Positions 39,961 to 53,800 of a stretch of 64,000 nucleotides of DNA are shown here, piece after piece. This DNA is from the human T2T-CHM13v2.0 reference genome, Homo sapiens, in assembly GCF_009914755.1 (NCBI RefSeq), contig NC_060938.1. One strand, 5' to 3'. The position numbers were made by a program, and so were the translations under genes. Positions within the stretch are counted from its first letter, which is position 1; every line of letters starts with the position of its first letter. The notes under the pieces were generated by a model, which had not been told where the DNA came from, made no database searches, and worked only from the letters and a program-made list of their open reading frames with translations.

Positions 39961-40842
39961 GGTCGCATAAAGAAAAGGGTTACTGAAGGCCCCTCAACCA
40001 TTCTTCCATGTCAATCCCTACTCTGCTGCGTGGTTTGAATTTTGTTTATGCCATCTGCAAATCAGGTTAAGAGTACCTATGGCATAAAGTTGTTCAATAT
40101 AACCACTTTTATTTTAGGGCTCATGAGGTGAGCTCACAGGAGGGAGAAGACACAGGCCTTAGACAAACAAAGGCCACTCAGGGTGGTGGTGGCGAAGGCA
40201 AAAGTGGAGCTCCAACCCCACCCAGGGCTGTTACGCCTGAAGAGGAGACACCCGAAGTCAGAGCCTGGAGACTGGAACGAGGAGCCACCCCCAGGGTACA
40301 TGACTTACCCCTGCGTGGGCTTTCAGAGAGCCGGAGTAGCAGGAGCTCAGAGCGGAAGGATTTTGAAGGAAGAGGACACAGGGCCAAGGGTCCCTGCCTG
40401 TGGCTGGTCACAGCTCCCTGTCTGGCTGGTGTGGCTCTGCAGAAACCTCTGAGACTGATCATTTCATACATGCCATTTTCTTTCCAGATCAGCAGCATTA
40501 AAACACAAATATTGTATATAATGATACATTGACAGAATGAACACATCATCCTCAAACAAAAAGGTGTTGAATCTCAAAAGTCACAGAAACAGAAGGACCC
40601 TTTAGGATGACCATGGGGTCATATCCGCAGCAAGAGTTGGGGGTGTTCATGGCTGGATAACCCTTAGCTGGGCCTCCATCTCTCAGAGCCTCGCTTTTGT
40701 AATTTGAACAATGTGGGCAAAATTATTATATAAGCAACACTCAGGGCTGCTGGGGAGGCCGAATGAAGTGAGAGGATCATGTGAACAGTCTATAAACTAT
40801 GAAGCTTTATAGAATACTAATATTGCCATCCTTTAAGGGCAA

Positions 40843-40991
40843 GTTCTCTTTCTTCTCTCTCTCATTATTTCTCCCCTCTCTTTTCTGCCTTTCTCTGTGT
40901 CTCTTCCTCTTTTCCTCTACGCTTCATCTCCTTCCCCCTTCCCTCCTTTTCTGCCTCTCTCCCTCCCTTTCTTCTTCTTCTTTCTTTTTCT
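40843..40991. repeat. CT-rich low-complexity tract
   Basis: Read directly. Confidence 0.85.
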
Positions 40992-41760
40992 GACACAAGC
41001 TATGTGCTGTTATGAGGGTTGAGTAGGGTGCAACTTTTGTGGACAAAGACATACACTATTATCACGCTGGAGAAAGGCATTGTTTGAGGCTATGAGTCTT
41101 GGAAAACTTTCTTTGATAACGAATAGGGATGTATTCATTTGGAAGCACTTTCTCTGTTGCCAACATTTCCAAATTGCTTCTCTACAAAACTAAAATTTAG
41201 CAATCTTGGATCCTTTGGGGTGACCCAGTGGCTTCTGATGACATCAGGATGACTGACAGACCAGTGGTGTTTCCATCCAGGACCCCGAGAATAAAGCCTT
41301 TGGGTTGCCTTCAAACATGGAGAGTTGCAAACTGCAATTTGGGACATGTTGGAATGAGGGAATGTTTCTCTCTGACAGGGACTAAATTTTTAAGGAATTC
41401 TCTATTTGGTCCCCAGATTGCTGTTTCTGATGAGCTTCAACAACATCCTGAATCCAAGCAAGATAAATATTGTGATATTTCAAAAGCTCAATTGCAGCTC
41501 CTGCGGGCTGTGATAGCCTGATGGGGGAGGGATGGTGTCTGAACCACCAGCATGGGTGAGAGCTGAATTGGAGAGAGAGCTTGGTGCCATGAAGAGAGCC
41601 CTGAGCGAGCGAGAGGACGTCTGCCTGTCCAGGCCCTGCTGGTCACAGGCTGTTCCATCTTGCCAAGCCACATCCTCCTCTGGGCCTCAGTTTTCCCATC
41701 CACAAGATGGGCCTGAACCCACATGGTAGGGAATTTGTGAGAATCCAAAGGGACTATTTC

Positions 41761-42102
<342 letters not shown>

Positions 42103-43172
42103 TAGACAACTGTAGAGGGATGGCAAATGCCAATGTGATTTTCTACCATTTACCAAATAGTCCAGACACATATCCATTCACTAATAAAAATAGCAGTGTT
42201 TTCAGGGAAGTTCCTACAATCTTAAATTAATAATTTCCTTGGAAAAGTTCCACATGCTGTAATTTTAGGTCAGGAGGCTAGCCTGTTGATGGGGCTTTGG
42301 TGGTAACAGCTGGCAAACAGAGGCAGGACTGTGTCTGTGTGTGGTCCCTGGCAGGTGAAATGACCCTTGTTTTCCAAATGTGACTACCTGGTTCTTAGCT
42401 TTATGAAGTCTACAAAGCATCTTGAGTGCCATTAACAAGGAAGGTGCCCACACAAAGGTGGGGCGGTTCTTCTCATTTGCAGCCGTCATTATCACACAGA
42501 TCCCAATCTCCAAACCCTGTCACCCAGGAGTAGGGGCGGAGGAAGAAAATTCCGCGTGTATTTCTGACATGCTTGGTGATCTTGAATCCTTTTGCATTTG
42601 CTTATGTCATGTTGACGCCTCACATTGGGTTACATTGTGTCATGTTTCATTATTCTGGAATTTATAAGACATCATAGAATACTGGCAGGACTTAGGGAAT
42701 TAGGGGGAAAAAAAACAACCCACAACTCCACACCTCCAGTATATTTTTCTTATCTGTTCCCCGCTGCGGTTTCAGTTAGAGAGCTCCTCCTGTGACTTTG
42801 TGTTATTAATTAGGAGGGTTGATTATCTGTGAGAAGCAGATATTTCTCCGATACAGGCAGCACACAGTGTGTGAACGGGGGTGTCTGGGGACTCACTGTA
42901 CTTGAAGAAATAGAAGCATATTTGAAAGTTGCATTATGTGGTGAGGACAAATGCACCTAAAAATAGCTCACTGGTCTGATTCTTTTTCTCCCGCTTCCTG
43001 GACAGTAGTTACACATTTTGACTCTGGCTTTTCTGCACTTTGGGGTCCTCTAGACATAGGCATGACGCTGACTTTTCTTCTTTCCTGCCTCAACCACAGA
43101 GAAGTTTTTCTTTTTCTTTTTTAAAAAATTTATTTTATTGTGATAAGAACGGTTAATATGAGATCCACCATC

Positions 43173-43387
43173 TTTTTCTTTTTAGCTTCTATTTTAAATT
43201 CAGGGTACATGTGCAGGTTTGTTACATAGGTAAACTTGTGTCATGGGGGTTTGTTGTAAGGATTATCTCATCACCCAGGTGTTAAGCTTGTACCCATTAA
43301 TTATTTTTCCTGATCCTCTCCCTCCTCAACCCTCTACCCTCCAAAAGGCCCCTGTGTGTGTTGTTCTCTTCTATGTGTCCATTCTTT
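43173..43387 (-). mobile_element. L1PA (L1PA13-like) 3' terminal fragment
   Basis: 'gggtacatgtgcaggtttgttacataggtaaacttgtgtcatgggggtttg'. Degenerate TSD agatccaccatc / agatgtaccctc. Confidence 0.85.
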
Positions 43388-43686
43388 AGATGTACCCTCT
43401 TAAAACATTTTAAGTGTCCAGTGCAGTATTATTATCTACAAGTGTAAGGCTGAACAACAGATCTCTAGAACTTACTCATTTTTCATAACTGAAACTTTGT
43501 ACTCATTGATAGCAATGCCACTTTTCCCCTCCCTCAGCCCCTGAAAATCACCTTCTGTTCTTTGTTTCTAGGAATTTGATTATTTTAATATCTCATATAA
43601 ATGGAATCATGCAGTCTTTGTCCTTTGTTAGCATCATTTATGTTGTAACATATGGCAGGATTTCCTTCTTTTTAGAGGCTGAATAA

Positions 43687-44006
<320 letters not shown>

Positions 44007-44303
44007 CCACATTTTCTTTATCCAGTCATCCATCAATGGACATTTAGGTGGTTTCCATATTTTGGCTGCTGTAAATAGTGCCGCAGTGAACATGGGAGTG
44101 CAGAGATCCCTTTGAGATCCTAATTTCAAATCTTTTTGATACATACCCAGAAGTGGGATTGCTGGATCAGGTAGTAGTTCTATTTTTAATTTTTGAGGAA
44201 CCTGTGTACTATTTTCCATAGTGGATAAGCCATTTTTTAGAGAAGAGAAAATGAACAGCACAGAGATTTGTCCCTGTGCAGGGCTAGCAGGAGGTTTTGG
44301 TCA

Positions 44304-44595
<292 letters not shown>

Positions 44596-45510
44596 TCATT
44601 GGTCCCTCACTGAAAATAATGGCAAGGGCACATGCTCTTTAAGGAAATCAGTGACCTTATGCCAATGGACTCATCTGTAGGAATAACCAGTTCACTAGCG
44701 TGAAAAGAGCTGGTTGGTGCTGGTCCGGGTTGGGTTTCAGGAAGAGAACAGAGGAGAGTTATTTATGGGTTTGTTATATCAGCCCCACTAACTATTGGCC
44801 CCAGTAAGCATTGATTATTGATCTTGTCCACATGATCCACTCTCCAGAGAAACCCAGAGCCCTGTGCATGTTGCTCTGTATCAGGCTGTTTGAGGTTCTG
44901 TAGCGGTTGGCCCTGTGTGTTGCGGTTTCTGGGCAGAGAGCTGCCCCTTTGCAGGTCACTGGACAGCAGGGCTCAGCGGAGCTCAGGCCTGGTTCATTCC
45001 TCATTTCTTCTCCTCGAGGAGGTTTTTGGAGGAGGGATTGATCCTTCTCCACAGGTGCCTAACCCAAATGACAGGTCCTGCGACATCGCCGGTGCCGGGC
45101 CCTCTGATAGAGCAGCTGGACTCTGCAGGGGAGGCTCCAAACCTTTGTTTCCCATGACCCCTCCTAAGTCTAAGATGGCTGTGTGAGCAGGGGATGGCCT
45201 GCCTGTGTCCCCCACCCAGGTGCAGGAGAGCAGAGTTGGAACAGGTTAAAAAAAACCAGCAGGTCCAGCTTTGGTCTGCTTAGTGCCTGACAAGTGGAAG
45301 CGCCGGAGGGAAGCGTGTGCTTGCACACTGGCCATGACGACAGAGAAACTCTACCGGCTGATGAAGCTCAGACCAGGGGCGTCCTGAGGTCTGACTCAGC
45401 ACATTAGCCACTTCCCTTCCTTTGAGGCCTGGCAGTGGTCTGGAAAGGGGCCAAGAGAAAAAAGGAGCTTTAGCCGAGAAAGTAGAAGTTTTCTCTCTAA
45501 CGTAGTTGAT

Positions 45511-45662
45511 ACGATTGCCAGATTGAGCAAATAAAAATACAGGGTGCTTGGTTAAATGTGAATTCCCATCATACTTCTTGGGGACATGGTTATGCTAAAA
45601 ACATGCTTGTTTATCTGAAATTCAAATCTAACTGGGCATCTTGTACATTATCTGGCAACCCT
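45511..45662. mobile_element. MER53 palindromic DNA transposon with an internal deletion
   Basis: 'ttgccagat...aaaatacagggtgcttggttaaatgtgaatt' pairs with 'tttatctgaaattcaaatctaactgggcatcttgta...atctggcaaccct'. Confidence 0.85.
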
Positions 45663-46204
45663 CATCATTGGTGTATGTTTTGTTTCCTGCTGTCACCTAG
45701 CATTGTCAATAATATTTGTGCTGCCTGGAGGTGGGTATGGCCGGAGAGGTTGGCGGTGGGCAGGGCTGAGGTGTGGGGAGAGGTGAAGTGGAGTGATACC
45801 AAGAAATTGTCTGTTCAAATGTTACTAATTCTTGGGAACTTGCAGAGCAACATGGCGCACGCTGCCTTTATTGCTGCCTGGAAGGGAGAAAGACACTTTT
45901 TTAGTAACCTGTGCTGGTGTCATCAAATGTGGCCTGAGATCACTGAGGGGGATGTTCTCCAAAATGTGCAGAGCATAGGTGAGTTTGCCGCACTGCCTTT
46001 GTGATCCAGATGCCTGCGTTAGTTCGCATGAAACTGAAATGGATACGATGGCAATTTCTGGGTGAAGAATACATGAGGAAAGAGACGCAATTAAAGTGAG
46101 CGATATGTTTGTGTGTTGTTTTGGTTTCAATCTTGAATGCTTGGCTTTGGCCTTTCCCCCCATAGATCCTAGAAGGCACTTGGGCAATTGTGTGAAAACA
46201 GGGA

Positions 46205-46405
46205 GTCCTTGGATCAAAGACTCAGTTCCTTACTGACTATTTGTGGGATGTTTGGGAAGTTACATCACCTTCTTGAGCCTCAGTGTGTCCTTCTGTAAAA
46301 TGAAGTTGAGAAAGATATAATTATTGATAAGGTTAAAGAGATAATGAATGTAAGGCATAGCCTGGTGCTTAGTAGGACTTCAATAACTGGCGATCATTAT
46401 TGTTA
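46205..46405 (+). mobile_element. MIR
   Basis: 'gggaagttacatcaccttcttgagcctcagtgtgtccttctgtaaaatg'. Confidence 0.8.
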
Positions 46406-47289
46406 TTCAAAAAATATGTGTTCCAGTCATCATCAATCCGCCAGCCAGCGTGTGCAGAGCTTGATATGATTAGGAGCACTTACAAGTACACATATTTCCC
46501 TCCCAAGTGGAAGGCTATTTCATGGTGAATAAATATTGTATTGATAGCATTAATAATAAAAAATACAAATGCGACTATAAAGCAGTGTAATGGATGTGAC
46601 TTAACAATGTGGAGATCCAAGTGGATTTGGGGAATCAGTTTGATTTGTGTGGTTTTTATGCCTAGGCAGTCACAATAAATAATAGTTATATTAATTGGCT
46701 CCCTGATCAGAGTTATAAAAATCATGTTTTGTAGGAATTACGTCAAATACACTGGAGTAATGGTTTCAGTGAGAAAAGAGCCCGCCCTGGGGATCAACAT
46801 GCACAGATGTAACTGTCCCAAGGTTGCTGGGTGGCCTGGAGCTTCTTGGTGCAGATTCTCCAGAGTGGGTGCCCTGGCCTTAGTTCTGAAAATGACCCTT
46901 TTCCAGGCCACACTATGTGTTGCTTCAACAGCACCAAACCCAAGGTAAGTGCAGTTCAACCCCTTGAGCTGCCCTGACCCACTGGGTCTCAGAGCCTGGA
47001 GAGAGTAAAGATACCATGTTCTCCTGGAGAAACTGAGGCCCCCAGTTTGGGAGTGACTTGCCCAAGATCACACAGAGACTAAAGGTAGTCTCTAAAGCTG
47101 TCCTATAATTATTAAACTTGTTGAACTTTCAAAGCAGCTCGCTAATATCTTTCTTCCATCTCCCTGGCCATGGGAGACCCTGAACATGGGGCCTCTCTAC
47201 CATGCATGAAGCACATGATTTGTTACAGAGCGGTTTTTATGGCTGACTCCCAGACTTCTTTTCCACCCCCGCTGATTAGTTGAAGCCAC

Positions 47290-47700
47290 CTGGATTAGTT
47301 AGGGCAATTAGTGCTAGCTGCAGGAACAAATAACCCTAAAATTTGAGTGGCTTGACACAATACCTTTATGTGCCTAGACCAGCATTTGGCCTCTTATGAA
47401 GCGATTTAGGAATTCAGATCTCTACTTCTCTACTGTGCTGTCATCTTTTAAGGCATCTTTTAATCTCTACTTCTCTGCTGTGCTGTGAGTCCTCTGCCTT
47501 TGGCTGCTGATGAAAGTGAGTGTGGAGGACCACACAAGACATTTTATGGACAGGCCTGGAAGGGGCATCACTTTCTCACATTCTATTTATCGAAGCTGGT
47601 TACATGGCCCCAACTGAATTGTAACAGAGGCTGGGAAAGGCAGTCTTCCTGGGTTCTGAAAACGACTCTTTTCTCCTGGAGGGGGTAATGGATTAGAAAA
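47290..47700 (-). mobile_element. Old MLT1 (J/K-like) LTR fragment
   Basis: 'tagctgcaggaacaaataaccctaaaatttgagtggcttgacacaa', 'catcactttctcacattctatt', 'gaggctgggaaa'. Confidence 0.6.
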
Positions 47701-49757
47701 CATCTACCAAGTTTCTCCTACAGCGTCCATGGTCATCCCCCCACCCTGCCAGTGATGGTTTAAGAGTGGGGATGTAACCCAGCAATGTGTATGTAGCCCA
47801 TCCCTGGCCAATGTGTCTGGAGGTGATGACAGCTGGAGCTTATAAGAGAGGCTGTCTCACACTTCAGGAGATGGGCCCATTGCTTCTTTGGAGAAATCCC
47901 TACAACTGCTGCATTCTGATTCCTTCCTTCCCGAGGAAGAAGCACACACATGGAAAAGGGCCAAGCAGGGGGACCCTTGAAGCAGCAAAGCAGATCTTCT
48001 AACATATGTTGCCTGGAACCTGCCCTGCCTCTGGTCCTCCACGGTTAGGGGCTAATCAATCATCTCATTGTTGAAGCCAGTTTGAATTTGAACTTGCTGT
48101 TACTTGTAGCTGAGATTATCCTAACCCATGGCAGGGATGGCAAACATTTTTTGAAGCAGTGTCCAAAACTGAGCAAAGGATGTCAAACTATATTAATAAA
48201 TGAGATCATTACAGGTAGCCAGTGCCAGACAAGTTGATTGGGCTCAAAAGCCAAGAGGCAAGTTGGAAAAGGGGGGAAGCACAGGCTGTGGATTCCAGAA
48301 GACCTAGATTCAAGGTCCTAGCTTTACCTCTTGCCAGCTCTGTGACCCTTGGCAAGTTACATACCCTCTCTGAGCCCTCTCTGGTTTTTCATGGAGTCCT
48401 AATGCCTACTTTGCCCAGTTGCTGAAACTCTTCACGTAAGTGCTGGTCCACAGACCACCTTTAGTGGCTGGTAGGTAACTTGTTCTTAGCTTAATGGACT
48501 TGCTCAGGGAAGAAAGCTTCTATTTCTCCAATGTGTCAAGTCTTTGGGCCCAATTACCTCGTAGATCACCTCCCCTCACCTGTGCAGACAACCTCATGGA
48601 GGTGGTTTTAGATCTGATATCCCATTTTAACATAGCAACCAGGTCAGACTCTCTATTATTCATATTCTGCAGTAATGGGCTCATTAAGCATTACTGTGTG
48701 ACTCCATAGAATCTGCAACGAAACCAAAGACCACTTCTCCAGTGGTTATTTTCTTCCCCGATATGCTTACACTTTTTGGAGGTAATGCCAACACATCCAG
48801 CGAGGTACTCAAATCCTCTTTGGAGGGAGACAAGATATAAATTATTAGTAAGTAAATAAATAAATCATCATTTGATTCTGTCAGTTTAGGAGGAAAAAAA
48901 ATCAGTCAACCTGAAGTTTGCTGTCACGCAGACCCCTTGATGGACTGAATTATGAACTTTTTTGGGGAAGAGGGGAAGGAGGAGAAGCATCAGCATTATG
49001 CTGCTGTCTGGAAGTTTTGGAGAACAGAACTTAGAAAACAAGGAACAGAAAGTTTGCTCAAGTGACTGCCTCCCTTCTGTTCCTGCAATTAACCAAGGCC
49101 TAGCACAGAAAACACCCATCACTCTGCAGGCACATCGTAGGTGCCAGGGAAGTATTTGGACCTCTCTCTTCCTTATAAAAATTTAAATTCAATATCACAT
49201 TAATGCATTTTTGAGTCCCTTTACAAATTATTGTTTTCCTACAATATTAATTGTGATATTAAAAACAAAAGATTGTGATGTTTAAGGAATTGCTCAGTTC
49301 CTTTCTATGAAGGAAGAGCTCTTTTATTAAAGGAGTGATTTTGTGTCTTCCTATGGATTTTTTAAAAACTGAATAATGATTTCATCTTTTCCCCCTTTCA
49401 ACAGTAAGGTATAATTACATAAGTAGAATTTATTCTTTCTAATGTATAGTTCTGGGAGTTTTGACAAATGATTACAGTGTGTAACACCCCCACACTCAAG
49501 ATATGGAACAATTCCATCATGTAAAGGAATATTCCTGTGCCCATTCATTGCCAAACCTCCCTTCCCTGGCCAACCCCCAAACCCTCTGCTACTTTTACTG
49601 CCCTTATAATTTTGCCTTTTCAAGAATTCAGTACACATGAACTCATACATAATTTTGCCTTTTGAGTCAGGCCTGTTGCACTTGGCATGATGACTTTGAG
49701 ATTTTATCTATGTTGTTATGTATAAGTAGTTTTTTTTCTGTTTATTGATTAATAGTG

Positions 49758-50129
49758 TCACACTGCTATAAAAGAATTACCCAAGACTGAGTAATTTAGA
49801 AAGGAAAGAGGTTTAATTGACTCACAGTTCAGCATGGCTGGGGGGTCCTCAGGAAACTTATAATCATAGTGGAAGGTGAAGGAGAAGCAAGGCACCTTCT
49901 TCACAAGGCAGCAGGAGGGAGAAGGGTCGCAGGACGAGCTACCAAACACTTATAAAACAGTCAGATCTCGTGAGAACTCACTCAATATCATGAGAACAGC
50001 ATGGGGGAAACTGCCTCCATGATCCAATCACCTCCACCTGGTATCTCCCTTGACACATGGGGACTATGGGGATCATGGGGATTACAATTCAAAATGAGAT
50101 TTGGGTGGGGACACAGCAAAACCATATCA
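49758..50129 (-). mobile_element. THE1 (THE1C/D-like) LTR with its 3' terminus slightly clipped
   Basis: 'gaggtttaattgactcacagttcagcatggctggg', 'cagatctcgtgagaactcactca', 'gagatttgggtggggacacagcaaaaccatatca'. Confidence 0.92.
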
Positions 50130-51160
50130 AATAAATAGTATTCCAATGCATGGATGTACCACAGTTTCTTTAATCCCTGGTTGAGAGACTCCTGGGTTGT
50201 TTCCAGTTTTTGGGGTTATGAGTAAAGCTGCCGCAAACATTCTCCTACAGGTTTTTATGAGAACATAGATTTGCATTTTATTTGGATAAATACTTAGGAA
50301 TTGGCTCAGTCAGTGGTATGGTAAATGTACATTTAACTTTATTTCCTTTTACAGGAAGCTGTCAAATTGTTTTCCAGAGTGACTGTTTTCCAGACTACCA
50401 TTTTGCAGGCCCCCGAGAAACACAGGAGAATTCCACTTGCTCCACATCCTTGCCAACACTTGCTATTATCATTTCCCTGCTTATTTTTAGCCATTAAGAC
50501 AGGCACATAGTGGTATTTCCTTACGGTTTTGATTTGCATTTCCCTAGTGACCAATGATATGGAGTATCTTTTCTTGTGTCTGTTTTTATTTATTTATTTT
50601 TTTTGGTGAAATATCTGATCACATTCTATATCCATTTTTTTACTGTACTATACTTTTTAGAACAGTTTTATGTTCACAGCAATATTGAGTGGAAGGTGCA
50701 GAGCTGGCTTTCCCATATCATCCCTGCTTCCACATGTGCATAGCCTCCCCTAGTATCGACATCCTCCACCGGTGGTATACCTGTTGCAATTGATGAATGG
50801 GCACTGGCTGTCATAATCACCCAAAGTCCATAGTTTACATTGGGCCACGTTTGGAGTTGTGCATTCTAAGGGTTTGGACAAATGCATGATGACATGCATC
50901 CACACATATAACATCTTACAGTGTAGTTTCACTGCTTGAAAACCCCCGTGCTCTGCTGGTTCATCTTTCCCTCCCTGCGTACCCCTAGAAGCCACTGATC
51001 TTTTTCCTGACTCCTTATTTTTGTCTTTTCCAGAGTGTCATATAGTTGCAATCATACAGTATATAGCCTTTTCATATTGGCTTCTTTCACTTAGCAATAT
51101 GCATCTAAGATTCCTCCATGTCTTTTCATGACTTGATAGCTTATTTCTTTTTAACACTGA

Positions 51161-51506
<346 letters not shown>

Positions 51507-52538
51507 TGTAACACATTTTATTGACCCAGTCATTTACTGAAGGACATCTTGGTTGCTTCCATGTTTTGGAAATTAAGAGTAAAGGTGCTAACATCTGTGT
51601 ACAGGTTTTTCTGTGGACATAAATTTTCAATGCCTTTGGGTAAATATCAAAGAGCGTGATTTCTGGATCGTATGGTTAGAGTATGTTTAGTTTCGTGAGA
51701 AACTTCCAAACTGTCATCCAAAGGGGCTGTACTATTTTCTATTCTCAAGAACATGAATGAGAGTTTGTGTTGCTCCACATCCTTGCCAGCATGTGATGTT
51801 GTTAGAGTTTTGAATTTTGGCCACTCTAATTGGTGTACAGTAGTATCTCGTTGTTTTAAGTTGCATTTCCTTGCTGACATAAGATATGTAGACTCTTTTC
51901 ATGTGCTTATTTGACACCTGTATATCTTCTTTGGTGAGACGTCTGCTAAGGTCTTTGGTCCATCAGCTCATTTTTTTTTTTTTTTTTTTGAGGATGAGTT
52001 GTTGCTTTTCTTACTGTTGAGTTTTGAGAGTTCCTCATATATTTTGAATACAAGTCCTTTATCAGATATGTGCTTTGCACATTTTCCCCCCAGTCTGTGG
52101 TTTGTCTTTTCATTCTCTTAACTGTGTGTTTTGAAGAAGAGAAGTTCTTGATTTTGATGAAATCCACTGTATCATTTTTTCTTTTATGGATGATGCTTTT
52201 GGTCTTGTAACTAAGAAATCTTTGCCTAACTCAAGTCCACAACAATTTTCCCCTGTTTTTCTTCTAGAAGCATTATAGTTTTAAGTTTTACATTTAGACC
52301 TATGAACCATTTTGAGTTAGTTTTGTATAGGGGACAAGCATCATGAATTATTGATACCCTCTTACACCAATTGCCAGGTCACCGTGGAGAGGCCAGAGCA
52401 CATTTGTTGGCTACCCCCTTCCCCACCAGGCTGCACACGTCCCTTGCTGTCAACCAAGTTCACTTCCAGGTCTCACAACTGTAGTTTCAGTTTCTCCAAA
52501 GAAGCAGCATTGTCAGGATTCTAAACCTCAACAGGGAG

Positions 52539-53107
<569 letters not shown>

Positions 53108-53559
53108 GGGAGAAAGCAGCCGAATGGAAGAGCAAAACCATCTTGCTTGGATTCAGGACACTGGATTTGAGTCTCTTCCCTGCCACTTACAAACTGTAGG
53201 ACCCCAGGCCAATAATTTGCTTCTCTGGATTAGCTCTGGGTTAGCTTATCTACAAAGCAGAGATAATGACCCTTTTATGCATATCTTCTTGAGTGGTTTA
53301 AGGCTCCAATGTCACAACATACACAAAAGAAGTCTGCAAATTTATCACATAGTAAAGAAATTGTTTCACGTGCCACGTTTCCCCTTGGAATCTCGGTGAC
53401 CTCCTTAAACAACTCCTCAGCTCTCTCCATCTCTTTTGAATTTATCTTGAACCTACCCATTATCTGTTCACTCCAGTGACTGGTTAAGATCTGCTCCTTT
53501 CATTCAGGATGGGGGAGTGTAGATTGTGGAATTAACAGTAAGGGCCTTTTGTGTCTGCT

Positions 53560-53800
53560 TAGTGATGATGATGATGATGGTAAGATTAATGTACATTTTC
53601 AGGACACTTACTATGTAGCCAGGCACTCTTCAAAGCACCTTATATCTATTAATAAACTCATCAGGACAACTCGGTGGGAAGCATAGGATTGTCATGCTTA
53701 CTTTACAGATGAAGAAACTGAGGCACAGAGATGTTGAGTGACCAGCCTGAGGTCATAGTGGTGGTAAGTGTCAGACTATGTCTGACTGTGTCCCAGTACC
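53560..53800 (-). mobile_element. MIR
   Basis: 'ctttacagatgaagaaactgaggcacagagatgtt'. Confidence 0.88.

Noticed and set aside
51647-52167. L1 ORF2-like peptides
   Set aside because: Frameshifted remnants of an ancient L1; no intact reverse transcriptase.
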